Source: Bacillota bacterium (lineage in GTDB: Bacteria; Bacillota; Dethiobacteria; DTU022). Taken from it: a stretch of DNA of 46,589 bases. The stretch is taken from positions 1 through 46,589 of the forward strand of contig JAAZPS010000224.1 of assembly GCA_012797095.1 (NCBI GenBank), given 5' to 3'. This document shows positions 36,342-46,589 of the stretch, in pieces. Under the pieces are notes generated by a model that worked only from the letters and a program-made list of their open reading frames with translations, did not search any database and was not told where the DNA came from. The translations under genes and the position numbers were made by a program. Within the stretch, counting starts at the first letter, position 1. Every line of letters begins with the position of its first letter.

Positions 36342-37823
36342 ATGGACAGTGATGGCGACAGGTTCAAGAGCAGGCGCGGCTGGCTCATGGCCGTGCTTCT
36401 GTTCGTGATCATCGTCGGGACAGGGCTTGCTGCTTTTCAGCTGGGCCTTGTCAGGGGGGCCTCCTCTGTAGAAAGCGATCCCGGGTTCGAGCTCGATTCC
36501 CCGGAATCCTTAGAAGAGGAATGGAGTATATTTAAAGAGGTCCTGGAGCGGCTTCAGAGCAGCTATCTGTACCCGCTGGACCCGGTGGAGATCGTGCGCG
36601 GCGCAGTCCGCGGGGTGGTGGAGGCGCTCGGCGATCCCCGGACCGGGTTCTACGATCAGCAGGAATTTGAGAATTTCATGATCCAGACGACCGGTTCTTT
36701 CGGGGGGATCGGTGTACGCATCGTCGAGGTCGACAGCGAGATCATCGTCTTTGAAACCATTCCCGACAGTCCCGCTGCCGCTGCGGGTGTTTTCCCCGGC
36801 GACCGCCTCTGCCGGGCCGGCGGGCAACTGCTGACCGGTGAGGGGCTCGAACATGCTGCCGAGATTCTGCGCGGTGAAAAGGGAAGCAGCGTTACCCTGA
36901 CGATCAAGCGGCCCGGCAGGGAAGAGGAGCTTGAACTCACCCTGGAGCGTGACGAGGTCAAGGTGGAGACGGTTTTTTCGCGCTGGGTGGAGGCCGGCTT
37001 GGGCTATATCCGGATCGACAGTTTTGACAGCCGTACCGGGGCCTCTTTTGCCGGACAGCTGCTTCTTCTGGAGACGGCAGGTTTGCGAAAGGGGTTGATT
37101 CTGGATCTGCGGGATAATCCCGGTGGTCTGGTGGAAGAGGCGGTGAAGGTGGCCAAACTGATCGTTCCCGAGGGAGAGATCACCCGCCTGGTCGGACGGG
37201 GAGGAAAGGTACGCGACATCCATTATTCCAATGCGCAGGAGAAAGATTATCCGATCCTCGTTTTGGTGAACGAAGAGAGCGCCAGTGCTGCCGAGATTCT
37301 TGCCGGTGCCCTTCAGGAAAGCGGAGCGGTGCTGGTGGGGGTTAAAACCTATGGGAAAGCGACCGTGCAGCATCTGGAAAAACTGACCGGAGGGGGTGCC
37401 CTTCTGCTGACCGTAGCCCGTTACCTGACCCCTTCGGGCAAGGATATCGATGGGAAGGGGCTGGAGCCGGATGTGACGGTGGAGATGCCGTCACTGATGA
37501 AAAATTATCGCTATTTTTTGCCTGGCCGCCTGAGCAGGGATGACTATGGGGCCGATGTCAAGCTGCTGCAGGAGATGCTTGCCGAGCTCGGCTATCAGTG
37601 CGGCCGCGAGGGCTGTTTGGATGAGGCCACCTCTGCGGCGCTGGACGACTTTCAAACTGCGGCGGGGCTGGAGACTACCGGCGAGTTTGACGATCTTACC
37701 TGGATCAACCTGCGGGAGGCTTTCGAGAAGATTGTCCGCCAGCGCGATCCGCAGCTGCACCGGGCAGTTGAGCTGCTCAAGACACCCGGGAAACTGGCCC
37801 TTGTGGAGGGAAAGAATAATTGA
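36342..37823 (+). CDS. ctpA: S41 C-terminal processing protease with PDZ and C-terminal peptidoglycan-binding domain
   Basis: The PDZ region is GGIGVRI...PDSPAAAAGVFPGDRL. The catalytic Ser is in NEESASAAEILAGAL and the Lys in TYGKATVQ. A PG_binding_1-like tail reads GADVKLLQEMLAELGY...FQTAAGLETTGEFD. The start could be ATG 36342 or TTG 36333. Confidence 0.9.
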   Translation: MDSDGDRFKSRRGWLMAVLLFVIIVGTGLAAFQLGLVRGASSVESDPGFELDSPESLEEEWSIFKEVLERLQSSYLYPLDPVEIVRGAVRGVVEALGDPRTGFYDQQEFENFMIQTTGSFGGIGVRIVEVDSEIIVFETIPDSPAAAAGVFPGDRLCRAGGQLLTGEGLEHAAEILRGEKGSSVTLTIKRPGREEELELTLERDEVKVETVFSRWVEAGLGYIRIDSFDSRTGASFAGQLLLLETAGLRKGLILDLRDNPGGLVEEAVKVAKLIVPEGEITRLVGRGGKVRDIHYSNAQEKDYPILVLVNEESASAAEILAGALQESGAVLVGVKTYGKATVQHLEKLTGGGALLLTVARYLTPSGKDIDGKGLEPDVTVEMPSLMKNYRYFLPGRLSRDDYGADVKLLQEMLAELGYQCGREGCLDEATSAALDDFQTAAGLETTGEFDDLTWINLREAFEKIVRQRDPQLHRAVELLKTPGKLALVEGKNN

Positions 37824-39196
37824 GCATGCTGCTCCTTGAACTTGCCAGGATATTAGCGGGCACCCTGACGCGCGTGCTGCTTGTTCCGATCTTCTGGCTG
37901 GTGATCTTGCTGGTCTATCTGCAGTACCGCCGCGTGGCCGGGATGGAACGGAAATTTTTTGGACGGACGCTCAATCCGGTGGGTCAGCAGGTGGCCGTCT
38001 CGACGGCGTGGGGTATTCTGGCCGGGCTGCTGGCCAGTATCTTCATGCTTCTCCTGGGCCTGTCCCTGTCGCAGATCGGGCTGCTCTATATCTGGCCGGT
38101 AGCACTGCTGCTGCTGTTGATCCATCCCCGCTTTCTCTGTTTTTCATATGCCGGCGGAATTGTGGCTTTTGCTGCGATGGTGCTTCGCCACGCCGTAATT
38201 CCCTTTTTTCCGCTGCTGGGAGAGCAGTCCCTGATCGCGCCGCTACTCGAGATCCATATTCCAGCCCTGCTGGCGCTCGTCGGACTGCTTCACCTGATCG
38301 AATCGCTGCTGATCTATCTGAGCGGTCACCGGGGATGCACGCCGCTCTATTTCAAGCTGGCCGACGGTGAGGTCGTCGGCGCCTTCAGTCTGCAGAAGTT
38401 CTGGCCTATTCCGCTGGTGGCGTTGCTCGCAACGGTGGTTCTGGAGAGCGAGATCCAGGGGGTGACCATGCCGGACTGGTGGCCGCTGCTCAAGCCGACC
38501 CTGGAGCTGGATCCGGGGCAGAGTCTGCAATATATCGCTCTGCCTGTTCTGGCTGCTCTGGGCTACTCCGATCTGGCCTTTTCCTCCAGCCCCCGTGTAA
38601 AATCTGCGAGCACGGCCGCGTACCTCAGCCTCTATAGCATTGTTCTGCTCGGGCTGGCCCTGGCAGCGGAGCTCTGGCCCTGGCTGACCCTGGCGGGGGT
38701 TCTTTTTGCCCCGCTGGGCCATGAAGCGGTGATCCATTGCGGAAACCGGAAGGAGCGCTCCCGGGATCCTTTTTATCGTTCCGCCGGCGGAGCCGTTCCC
38801 CTGATGATGGTCTTGCCGCGTAGTGCTGCTGCCCGGGGCGGGCTGCAATCGGGAGATCTGATCCACCGGGTTAACGATACCCCGGTGCACAGCGATCTCG
38901 ATCTGCTGTGGGCGATCGAGCAGAGCTATTTCATGGTTTTGATCGAAGGTTCCCGGGAAGGGAGCCCTTTCTCCATAATAATGAACAAACGTCATGCCGC
39001 CGGGGAGGAGGCTGCAGCGGCCCGGCTGCCCTGGGAGAGGGCCCCGGTCAGCACTGCGGTGGCCCCGCTCTGGCACCGGGGGGCCGCCCTCGGGCTGATC
39101 CCGGCTCCTTCGCGGCACACGCCGCTCTATGCCCGGGAAAGGACCGCCGGCGGGCTGAATCTGCTTCAGAGGTTAAGGGGACATCGGAAAAAATGA
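37820..39196 (+). CDS. polytopic membrane protein with C-terminal PDZ domain (MinJ-like by position and architecture)
   Basis: About 8 TM segments are followed by a PDZ domain (PRSAAARGGLQSGDLIHRVNDTPV). It sits between ctp and uvrB, as minJ (yvjD) does in B. subtilis. TTG 37820 lies 10 nt after a GGAGG, and ATG 37826 is an alternative start. Confidence 0.7.
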   Translation: MSMLLLELARILAGTLTRVLLVPIFWLVILLVYLQYRRVAGMERKFFGRTLNPVGQQVAVSTAWGILAGLLASIFMLLLGLSLSQIGLLYIWPVALLLLLIHPRFLCFSYAGGIVAFAAMVLRHAVIPFFPLLGEQSLIAPLLEIHIPALLALVGLLHLIESLLIYLSGHRGCTPLYFKLADGEVVGAFSLQKFWPIPLVALLATVVLESEIQGVTMPDWWPLLKPTLELDPGQSLQYIALPVLAALGYSDLAFSSSPRVKSASTAAYLSLYSIVLLGLALAAELWPWLTLAGVLFAPLGHEAVIHCGNRKERSRDPFYRSAGGAVPLMMVLPRSAAARGGLQSGDLIHRVNDTPVHSDLDLLWAIEQSYFMVLIEGSREGSPFSIIMNKRHAAGEEAAAARLPWERAPVSTAVAPLWHRGAALGLIPAPSRHTPLYARERTAGGLNLLQRLRGHRKK

Positions 39197-39241
39197 TCGG
39201 CCGGTCCGATCGCAATTTCAGAAATCAGGTGGTGATCGATC

Positions 39242-39811
39242 TTGCTGGCTGCAGCCACCACTGCTTTTTTCAGCATCTTTGTTGCCGAATTTGGAGATAA
39301 AACCCAGCTGGTCTCACTATCGCTGGCCAGCCGTTACCCGCCACTGCAGGTTCTCGGGGGGGCAATGACCGGGATGGCCCTGGTGATGGGGTTGGCCGTG
39401 GGGGCGGGCGGGCTGGTGGCCGCCTACATTCCCCCGGAAGTGATTACCGCTGCCTCGGGCATCCTATTCTTGATCATGGGTCTGTTTACCCTCCTCCGCA
39501 GGGAATCGGGAGAAGAGGGGCTTCCCGCCGGCCGGGGCGGCTTTTACCAGACTGCGGTGCTGGTATTTCTGGCTGAACTCGGCGACAAAACACAGATGGC
39601 AGCGCTGCTTCTGAGCGCCCACTTCTCGTATCCCGCCGCTGTTTTCGCCGGGGCGATGGCAGCGATGTTTCTTAACCATGCGCTGGCAGTTTTTCTCGGA
39701 GGCCGCTATCTTTCCAAACTCTCCCCCACCCTGTTGAAGAAGATCACCGGAGCCCTTTTTATCGTTATCGGTCTGGTGATGCTGCTTCTTCCGGTTCTGG
39801 GACGGCGCTGA
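39242..39811 (+). CDS. UPF0016 (TMEM165/GDT1) family cation transporter
   Basis: Two E-x-G-D-K-T motifs are present (VAEFGDKTQL and LAELGDKTQM), one in each half of a 6-TM protein. Confidence 0.85.
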   Translation: MLAAATTAFFSIFVAEFGDKTQLVSLSLASRYPPLQVLGGAMTGMALVMGLAVGAGGLVAAYIPPEVITAASGILFLIMGLFTLLRRESGEEGLPAGRGGFYQTAVLVFLAELGDKTQMAALLLSAHFSYPAAVFAGAMAAMFLNHALAVFLGGRYLSKLSPTLLKKITGALFIVIGLVMLLLPVLGRR

Positions 39812-39920
39812 AGCCGCCACCCCGGGGGATCAGGATTTAAACGAGGTTTCACCCACCCCAAGCTTTTATTTTGACCGGTTGCAGAAGGCAAAAAAAGCCG
39901 TAAAAGAACAATCCGGCCTA

Positions 39921-39929
39921 TGCTATAAT
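39921..39929 (+). promoter_or_regulatory. extended -10 element (TGcTATAAT) upstream of uvrB
   Basis: A TGnTATAAT lies 33 nt before ATG 39962. There is no good -35 hexamer. Confidence 0.35.
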
Positions 39930-39961
39930 GGATCTTGCGATCACAGCGGAGGCGTAAGAGA

Positions 39962-41974
39962 ATGCTTTCTCAATCAAGATTCAAACTACAAGCCGATTTT
40001 GCCCCTTCCGGCGATCAGCCGGCAGCAATCGAGGCTCTGGTCGGGGGGCTGCGGCAAGATCTTACCTACCAGACGCTTCTGGGAGTAACCGGTTCGGGAA
40101 AGACTTTCACCGTCGCCCGGGTCATCGAGCAGATCCAGCTGCCGACCCTGGTAATTGCGCCCAACAAAATTCTGGCGGCCCAGCTCTGCAGCGAATTCAA
40201 GGAGTTCTTTCCGGAGAATGCGGTGGAGTACTTTATCAGCTATTATGATTACTATCAGCCCGAAGCGTACCTGCCGCAGAGCGACGTCTATATTGAAAAG
40301 GATTCTTCGATAAACGATGAGATCGACAAGCTGCGCCACTCTGCGACCAGCGCTCTTCTGGAGCGCAGCGATGTGATCATCGTGGCCAGCGTGTCCTGCA
40401 TCTACGGCCTCGGTTCGCCGCAGGAATATCGCCGGCAGGTTCTTTCGCTACGCCCGGGGATGCAGCTGGGCCGCGATCAGCTCATCGCTGCGCTGGTGGG
40501 GATCCATTACGAGAGAAACGAGATCGATCTGCACCGCGGCACCTTCCGGGTTCGCGGCGATGTTGTCGAGATTGTTCCAGCATCTTTTGCCGGGGCGAGC
40601 CTGCGGGTGGAGCTGTTCGGTGACGAGATCGAGAGGGTCTGCGAGGTCGATCTGCTCACCGGAAGGGTGCTCGGTGAACGGAACCATGCGGCGATCTTTC
40701 CGGCGACCCACTATGTTACCGATCCGGAGCAGCTCAAGGCTGCCGCAGCCTCCATTGAAGCCGAACTGGAGCAGCGGCTGGCGGAGCTGGGGGGGGCGGG
40801 GAAACTTCTCGAAGCGCAGCGCCTGGAGCAGAGGACTCGCTTTGATCTGGAGATGATCCACGAGATCGGTTTCTGCTCGGGGATCGAGAACTATTCGCGC
40901 CACCTTGATGGACGTCCCCCCGGCAGCCGGCCCTGGACGCTGCTCGACTATTTTCCGGAAGATTTTCTGCTGGTGGTCGATGAATCGCATGTGACCATCC
41001 CCCAGATAAACGGGATGTACCGCGGCGATCTTTCAAGGAAGAGCACCCTGGTTGAGCACGGTTTTAGACTGCCATCGGCCCTGGACAACCGTCCGCTGCG
41101 CTTCGGCGAGTTCGAGGAGCTGATCCCCCGGGCGATCTTTGTTTCAGCCACCCCCGGGCCCTGGGAGCTGGAGCAAAGCGGCAGCGTTGTCGAGCAGATC
41201 ATTCGGCCGACGGGGCTCCTCGATCCGGTGGTGGAGGTGCGGAGAGCCTCGGGGCAGGTGGACGACCTTTACGGTGAGATCCGGGCTCGCGCCGAAGCCG
41301 GAGAAAGGGTCCTGGTGACGACGATGACCAAACGGATGGCCGAAGATCTGACCGACTATTACCGCGATATGGGGCTGCGGGTGCGCTATATGCACTCGGA
41401 TATCGATGCTCTGGAAAGGATGTCGATCATCAGAGGGCTGCGCCTGGGTGAATTCGATCTGCTCATCGGGATAAATCTGCTGCGGGAGGGGCTTGACCTG
41501 CCCGAGGTTTCGCTGGTGGCGATATTTGATGCTGACAAGGAGGGTTTTCTCCGTTCGGAGCGCTCCTTGATCCAGACTATCGGGCGGACTGCCCGCAACA
41601 GCGCCGGACGGGTGATCATGTATGCCGAAACGGTGACTCCATCAATGCAGCGGGCCATCGACGAGACCGCGCGGCGCCGCCGGAAACAGCAGAAGTACAA
41701 CCGGAAGCACGGGATCACCCCGCGCACCATTGTCAAGCCGGTCCGCGGACTCATAGCCGCAACCGTGGCCGCCGAGGAAAAGGGTCTTTTTTCCGTTGCG
41801 GCCCCACCGCCCGATCCGCAGGAAAGGCGCAAGCTGATCCGGGAGCTGCGTAAAAAGATGCAGCAGGCCTCGCGGGAGCTGGCTTTTGAAAGGGCCGCCG
41901 AGCTGCGCGATCTAATTTTTGAACTGGAGCGCGGGGCTGCGGCACAGAGCTCGACCAGAACAGTCATTGACTAG
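39962..41974 (+). CDS. uvrB: excinuclease ABC subunit B
   Basis: From ATG 39962 (SD GGAGG) the sequence reads [18 protein letters not shown], with Walker [28 protein letters not shown] and the C-terminal UVR domain FERAAELRD are also present. Confidence 0.97.
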   Translation: MLSQSRFKLQADFAPSGDQPAAIEALVGGLRQDLTYQTLLGVTGSGKTFTVARVIEQIQLPTLVIAPNKILAAQLCSEFKEFFPENAVEYFISYYDYYQPEAYLPQSDVYIEKDSSINDEIDKLRHSATSALLERSDVIIVASVSCIYGLGSPQEYRRQVLSLRPGMQLGRDQLIAALVGIHYERNEIDLHRGTFRVRGDVVEIVPASFAGASLRVELFGDEIERVCEVDLLTGRVLGERNHAAIFPATHYVTDPEQLKAAAASIEAELEQRLAELGGAGKLLEAQRLEQRTRFDLEMIHEIGFCSGIENYSRHLDGRPPGSRPWTLLDYFPEDFLLVVDESHVTIPQINGMYRGDLSRKSTLVEHGFRLPSALDNRPLRFGEFEELIPRAIFVSATPGPWELEQSGSVVEQIIRPTGLLDPVVEVRRASGQVDDLYGEIRARAEAGERVLVTTMTKRMAEDLTDYYRDMGLRVRYMHSDIDALERMSIIRGLRLGEFDLLIGINLLREGLDLPEVSLVAIFDADKEGFLRSERSLIQTIGRTARNSAGRVIMYAETVTPSMQRAIDETARRRRKQQKYNRKHGITPRTIVKPVRGLIAATVAAEEKGLFSVAAPPPDPQERRKLIRELRKKMQQASRELAFERAAELRDLIFELERGAAAQSSTRTVID

Positions 41975-41989
41975 AAAAGAGGTAGAGAT

Positions 41990-44851
41990 TTGAGCGAGGG
42001 AGCAATTATCATCCACGGCGCCCGGGAGCATAATCTGAAGAATATCGATCTGAGCCTGCCCCGCAACCGATTCATTGTTTTTACCGGCCTGAGCGGATCG
42101 GGCAAATCCTCGCTGGCTTTTGATACGATCTATGCGGAGGGGCAGCGGCGCTACGTCGAATCGCTCTCCGCCTATGCGCGTCAATTTCTGGGGCAGATGG
42201 AGAAGCCCGATCTGGACCAGATCAGCGGGCTTTCGCCGGCCATCTCCATCGATCAGAAAACTGCGTCGCGCAATCCCCGCTCCACCGTGGGCACTGTAAC
42301 CGAGATCTACGATTATTTGCGGCTGCTTTTCGCCCGCATCGGGCGTCCCTATTGCCCGCACTGTCGCCTGCCTATCGATCGGCAGACCGTGCAGCAGATT
42401 GTCGATCAGGTGATGGCCTTGCCCCCGGGGACCCGCTTGCAGGTGCTGGCACCCCTGGTACGGGGCCGCAAGGGAGAGTATACCCGCCTGTTCGAGGAGA
42501 TGCGCCGCCGCGGCTATGTGCGTATCCGCGTGGATGGAGTGGTGCGCGAACTGGAAGAGGAGATCACCCTGGACAAGCAAAAAAAACATACCATCGAGGC
42601 AGTGATCGATCGCCTCATTGTTCGCGAAGGGCTCGAAAGCCGTCTGGCCGATTCCGTGGAGACAGCGCTCAAGCTCAGCGAAGGGCTGGCCCTGGTACAG
42701 GAAGTCGAAGGTGAGGAGCACCTTTTCAGCGAACGTTTTGCCTGTCCTGAATGTGGTTTCAGTTTCGAGGAGATCACCCCCCGGGCCTTCTCCTTCAACA
42801 GCCCGTACGGTGCCTGCCCCGAGTGCAGCGGTCTGGGAGTCAAGGCGGAATTCTCCGAAGAGCTGCTCATCCCCCAGCCCGAACTTTCACTCGGCGAAGG
42901 GGCGATTCACCCCCTATCAGGCTATCGCGGCTACTACCGGCAATTTCTGGAATCGGCGGCGGCCCACTGGCAGATCGATCTGGAGCGCTCCTTTGCCGAT
43001 CTTGCCCCGGAAGAAAAAGAGCTTCTGCTGAATGGCTCACCGGAGCCCGTGCCGTTTCGTTACGTCAACAGATTTGGCCGGGTGCGAAACTATCGCCGGC
43101 CCTTTCCCGGCGTCCTGAAACTGCTGCAGAGGCGTTATGATTCCAGCGAATCGGAGGAGACGCGCCGGGAGCTGGCCGGCTACATGGAGACAAAACCATG
43201 CCCCGCCTGCCGCGGCCTCAGGCTGAAGGAGTCCAGCCTCTCAGTGCTGCTGGGCGGTCTCAACATTGCCGAGATCGCCGCCTTTACCGTGACCGAAGCC
43301 CGGAAATACTTTACCGGGCTCAAGCTGACGCCGCGTGATGCGCAGATCGCCGGCCAGGTGCTCAAAGAGATCATCGAACGGCTCGATTTTCTGAACAATG
43401 TCGGTCTGCGCTACCTCAGTCTCGACCGTCCCTCGGCGACCCTTTCCGGCGGAGAGGCGCAGCGGATCCGCCTGGCCACCCAGATCGGCTCGGGCCTTAC
43501 CGGGGTGATCTATATCCTGGACGAGCCGAGCATCGGTCTGCATCTGCGGGACAACGCCCGCCTCATCGAGACCCTGAAACGGCTGCGAGATCTGGGTAAT
43601 ACGGTGATTGTGGTGGAGCATGACGAGGGCACCATCCGCGCCGCCGATCATATTGTCGATATCGGGCCCGGCGCCGGGGTTCATGGAGGGAGGATCGTGG
43701 CCCAGGGAACGCTCGCCGAGATCACCGCTGCACCGGCTTCGATTACCGGGGACTACCTCTCCGGAAGGAAATCCATTCCGGTGCCGGCGGAGCGGCGGTT
43801 GCCGGGAGAACGGAGCCTCTGGATCAGGGGTGCCCGGGAGCATAATCTGAAGGATCTCGATCTGGAGATCCCCCTGGGTCTTTTCGTCTGTGTCTCGGGA
43901 GTTTCCGGCTCGGGGAAAAGCACCCTGGTAAACGAGATCCTGGCCCGGGCGCTTAAGCGGCGGCTGCACCGCTCCAGGCAGCCGGCCGGGGCGCACCGTT
44001 CCCTGGAGGGGGTCGAGCACCTGGACAGGGTTGTTGTGGTCGACCAGTCCCCCATCGGGCGGACCCCCCGTTCCAATCCGGCCACCTACACGGGGCTGTT
44101 TGGAGTTGTCCGCGAACTGTTTGCCCAGACTCCCGAAGCGCGAAGACGGGGCTACCGCCCCGGGCGGTTCAGCTTCAATGTCAAAGGGGGCCGCTGCGAG
44201 GCCTGCCGGGGCGATGGGATTCTGCGGATCGAGATGCACTTCCTTCCAGACGTCTATGTTCCCTGCGAACTCTGCCGCGGCCGGCGCTACAACCGCGAAA
44301 CCCTGGAGGTGCGCTACAAGGGCAAGAATATCGCCGATGTTCTGTCCATGACCGTCTCCGAGGCCCTCGAGTTTTTCAACGCCATCCCCAGATTACAGCG
44401 CCGTTTGCAGCTGCTCGATGATGTCGGTCTCGGTTATATCAGGTTGGGCCAGCCGGCAACAACCCTTTCCGGCGGCGAGGCTCAGCGGGTCAAGCTCTCC
44501 ACGGAGCTGTCGAAACGCAGCAACGGACGGACACTTTACGTTCTCGACGAGCCGACAACGGGGCTGCATCTTGCCGATATCAGCAAACTGCTGCTGATTC
44601 TGGAGCGTCTGGTCGATTCCGGCAACACGGTCGTGGTGATCGAGCACAATATGGATGTGCTCAAGCGGGCCGATTATCTGATCGATCTCGGCCCCGAGGG
44701 CGGTGAAGAGGGGGGCTCCATTGTAGTTACAGGCACCCCTGAAAAGGTCGCCGCCGCGAAATGCTCCCATACCGGGCTATGGCTGCGCCGGATACTTGGC
44801 CGGCCGGCCGGGGAACATCCTCCGCTGGAATCCGACCGCATTGCCAGATAA
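41990..44851 (+). CDS. uvrA: excinuclease ABC subunit A
   Basis: [13 protein letters not shown], two ABC modules ([14 protein letters not shown] and [13 protein letters not shown]), two LSGGEAQR signatures and zinc-finger Cys clusters. Length is 953 aa. Confidence 0.97.
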   Translation: MSEGAIIIHGAREHNLKNIDLSLPRNRFIVFTGLSGSGKSSLAFDTIYAEGQRRYVESLSAYARQFLGQMEKPDLDQISGLSPAISIDQKTASRNPRSTVGTVTEIYDYLRLLFARIGRPYCPHCRLPIDRQTVQQIVDQVMALPPGTRLQVLAPLVRGRKGEYTRLFEEMRRRGYVRIRVDGVVRELEEEITLDKQKKHTIEAVIDRLIVREGLESRLADSVETALKLSEGLALVQEVEGEEHLFSERFACPECGFSFEEITPRAFSFNSPYGACPECSGLGVKAEFSEELLIPQPELSLGEGAIHPLSGYRGYYRQFLESAAAHWQIDLERSFADLAPEEKELLLNGSPEPVPFRYVNRFGRVRNYRRPFPGVLKLLQRRYDSSESEETRRELAGYMETKPCPACRGLRLKESSLSVLLGGLNIAEIAAFTVTEARKYFTGLKLTPRDAQIAGQVLKEIIERLDFLNNVGLRYLSLDRPSATLSGGEAQRIRLATQIGSGLTGVIYILDEPSIGLHLRDNARLIETLKRLRDLGNTVIVVEHDEGTIRAADHIVDIGPGAGVHGGRIVAQGTLAEITAAPASITGDYLSGRKSIPVPAERRLPGERSLWIRGAREHNLKDLDLEIPLGLFVCVSGVSGSGKSTLVNEILARALKRRLHRSRQPAGAHRSLEGVEHLDRVVVVDQSPIGRTPRSNPATYTGLFGVVRELFAQTPEARRRGYRPGRFSFNVKGGRCEACRGDGILRIEMHFLPDVYVPCELCRGRRYNRETLEVRYKGKNIADVLSMTVSEALEFFNAIPRLQRRLQLLDDVGLGYIRLGQPATTLSGGEAQRVKLSTELSKRSNGRTLYVLDEPTTGLHLADISKLLLILERLVDSGNTVVVIEHNMDVLKRADYLIDLGPEGGEEGGSIVVTGTPEKVAAAKCSHTGLWLRRILGRPAGEHPPLESDRIAR

Positions 44852-44872
44852 CTTCAACGAAGGAGCGCGCTG

Positions 44873-46589
44873 ATGAACAGACGAGCAGAGCTGGCCGAAA
44901 AAGTGAGCCGCTTTCCCCGCTCGCCCGGCGTTTACCTGATCAAGGATGCCGTGGGGCGGGTGATCTATATCGGCAAAGCACGTTCGCTGCGTCAGCGGGT
45001 CCGGAGCTACCTCACTGCCGAGAGTGCCGCTCCGCCGCGGCTGCAGGCGCTCCAGTCACAGATGCATGAGATAGATTATCTGGTGACCGACTCTGAAGTT
45101 GAAGCGCTGATCCTCGAATGCAATCTGATCAAAGAATACCGGCCGCGCTACAATGTCGATCTGAAAGACGACAAGGACTACCCCTGCCTCCGTTTGACCG
45201 GCGGCCCTTACCCGAGGCTGGAATATCTGCGACTTTCGCAAAAAGAGGGATCCGGTCAGGACAAAAGGCAGCGGGCCGACGGGGAAACTGGAGCGCTCTA
45301 TTTTGGCCCGTACACCGAGGTTGGGGCGGTGCGCGAGACAATGCGGCTTCTGGGAAAGATCTTTCCCTTGCGGCGCTGCCGCCGCACGCTCACCGGTGAG
45401 CCCGACGGGGAAAGACCCTGTCTCAATTTCCAGATGAAGCGCTGCCTGGGCCCCTGTAGGGGAAAAGCGGCAGTCTCTCCTGCGGAGTACGGTCACCTGG
45501 TTGAGCAGGTGATCTCTTTTCTGGAAGGGGGGCGCGGCGCCCTGGAGCGACAGCTTGAAGAGAAGATGCACCGGGCAGCGCAGGTGGAAAGTTTTGAAGA
45601 GGCAGCCCGGCTGCGGGATCAGCTGCAGGCTGTTCGCCGGGTTGCCGCTCAGGAGCAGAAAGTGCTGGATCTGAAGGACGGTGCCGACCGGGATCTGCTG
45701 GCCCTGATCCGCCTGGAGCGTGCCGCTGCGGTGCATCTCTTTGTTATCAGGGAGGGGAAGCTGATCCGCCGCGAACATTTTCCTCTCGGCCCCGCTGCCG
45801 CCGGGGCCGGGGATGGTGAAGCCCTCGGCGCGTTTATCAAATCCTACTATAGCCGGGGCGCACGTCCCCCCGGGGAGATCGTCCTTTCCAGCCGGCCCGA
45901 TGATCGGGAGACGCTTGAAGAATGGTTGAAAGAGCTCTCCGGGGCGAAGGTCAGACTGGTGGTCCCGCGGCGCGGTCCCCGCCGCCGGCTCGTTAAGCTG
46001 GCCCTACGCAATGGTGCGCTCAAACTGCAGGAGGAGCAGGAACGGGCGGTGCAGCGGGAGCTGCTGCCCCTGGAAGAGCTCGGCCGGTTGGTCGGTTTGG
46101 AGAAGGCGCCCAGCCGCATCGAGGGGTACGATATCTCTCACCTGCGCGGCGGAGCCGCGGTGGGTGTAATGGTTGTCTTTGAACAGGGCCGTTCATTCAA
46201 GGATGGTTACCGCCGTTTTCATCTTGAAAGAACTCCCCCGGGAGATGACTGCGCTGCCCTGCGGGAGGTTCTGCAAAGGCGGGCGGCCCGTTCAGGTTGG
46301 CCCCATCCCGAACTGATGGTGATCGACGGGGGCCGGGCGCAGCTGAATGCTGCCAGGGAGGTTCTGCAGCAGGCCGGTTGGGCCGCTATGGCGCTGCTGG
46401 CGCTGGCGGAAAATCCGGATCGGATCTTTCTGGAGCAGGAAACAGCACCGCTGCTGCTGCCGGCAAACAGCACCCTGCTGCAGCTGCTGCAGCGGATCCG
46501 CGATGAGGCGCACCGCTTTGCCGTGGACTATCACCGCCGCCTCCGCCGAAAAAGCGCGACCCGTTCGCGGTTGGAGGAGATCCCCGGGA
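44873..46589 (+). CDS. uvrC: excinuclease ABC subunit C (3' end outside window)
   Basis: It is absent from the ORF track because no stop lies in the window. Hand translation from ATG 44873 (SD GAAGGAG) gives the GIY-YIG domain SPGVYLIKDAVGRVIYIGKARSLRQRVRSY...EALILECNLIKEYRPRYN. The UVR motif FEEAARLRDQL and IEGYDISH follow, and the frame stays open to the window edge. Confidence 0.92.
   Translation, partial: MNRRAELAEKVSRFPRSPGVYLIKDAVGRVIYIGKARSLRQRVRSYLTAESAAPPRLQALQSQMHEIDYLVTDSEVEALILECNLIKEYRPRYNVDLKDDKDYPCLRLTGGPYPRLEYLRLSQKEGSGQDKRQRADGETGALYFGPYTEVGAVRETMRLLGKIFPLRRCRRTLTGEPDGERPCLNFQMKRCLGPCRGKAAVSPAEYGHLVEQVISFLEGGRGALERQLEEKMHRAAQVESFEEAARLRDQLQAVRRVAAQEQKVLDLKDGADRDLLALIRLERAAAVHLFVIREGKLIRREHFPLGPAAAGAGDGEALGAFIKSYYSRGARPPGEIVLSSRPDDRETLEEWLKELSGAKVRLVVPRRGPRRRLVKLALRNGALKLQEEQERAVQRELLPLEELGRLVGLEKAPSRIEGYDISHLRGGAAVGVMVVFEQGRSFKDGYRRFHLERTPPGDDCAALREVLQRRAARSGWPHPELMVIDGGRAQLNAAREVLQQAGWAAMALLALAENPDRIFLEQETAPLLLPANSTLLQLLQRIRDEAHRFAVDYHRRLRRKSATRSRLEEIPG

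Noticed and set aside
39901-39920. LexA (Cheo-box) operator upstream of uvrB
   Set aside because: Only a half-site (AGAACA) is present. There is no GTTC partner at the 4-nt spacing of CGAACnnnnGTTCG, so I cannot support an SOS box from the sequence.

Overview
GC-rich chromosomal segment that looks like an endospore-forming Firmicute (Clostridia-like). About 40 genes are on the + strand and only one is on the - strand. The backbone follows three gene orders I recall from Bacillus subtilis. (1) ywlC(tsaC)-ywlE-rpiB-glyA, then dCMP deaminase, murA-spoIID-spoIIQ-like-spoIIID-mbl; the upp/atp block that sits between glyA and murA in B. subtilis is absent here. (2) recD2-comF-hpf-[insert]-secA-prfB. 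(3) yitT-like, ftsE-ftsX-M23 hydrolase-ctp protease-PDZ membrane protein (MinJ-like)-UPF0016 transporter-uvrB-uvrA-uvrC. Between these blocks lie metabolic and accessory loci. These are gap plus a cupin-type glucose-6-phosphate isomerase, and a three-gene methanogen-type homocysteine biosynthesis operon (COG1900, NIL-ferredoxin, COG2122). They also include tRNA-Thr(CGU), a tiny orphan ORF, a MoxR/VWA/CooC-like/PRTase operon with no client enzyme nearby, and a SAM-I riboswitch in front of metK. The hpf-secA gap holds an unknown 376-aa protein, an AcsE-like methyltransferase and a permease pseudogene. RNA and cis elements seen: one tRNA, one SAM riboswitch, the prfB +1 frameshift site, several intrinsic terminators, sigma-A/E/F-like promoters and a 22-nt hairpin-forming repeat array. 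I saw no CRISPR array, transposase or integrase. The best candidates for undescribed biology are the MoxR-VWA-CooC-PRTase operon, the unknown protein/methyltransferase pair and the repeat array. All functional assignments come from reading the translations and from remembered family motifs; no searches were run.
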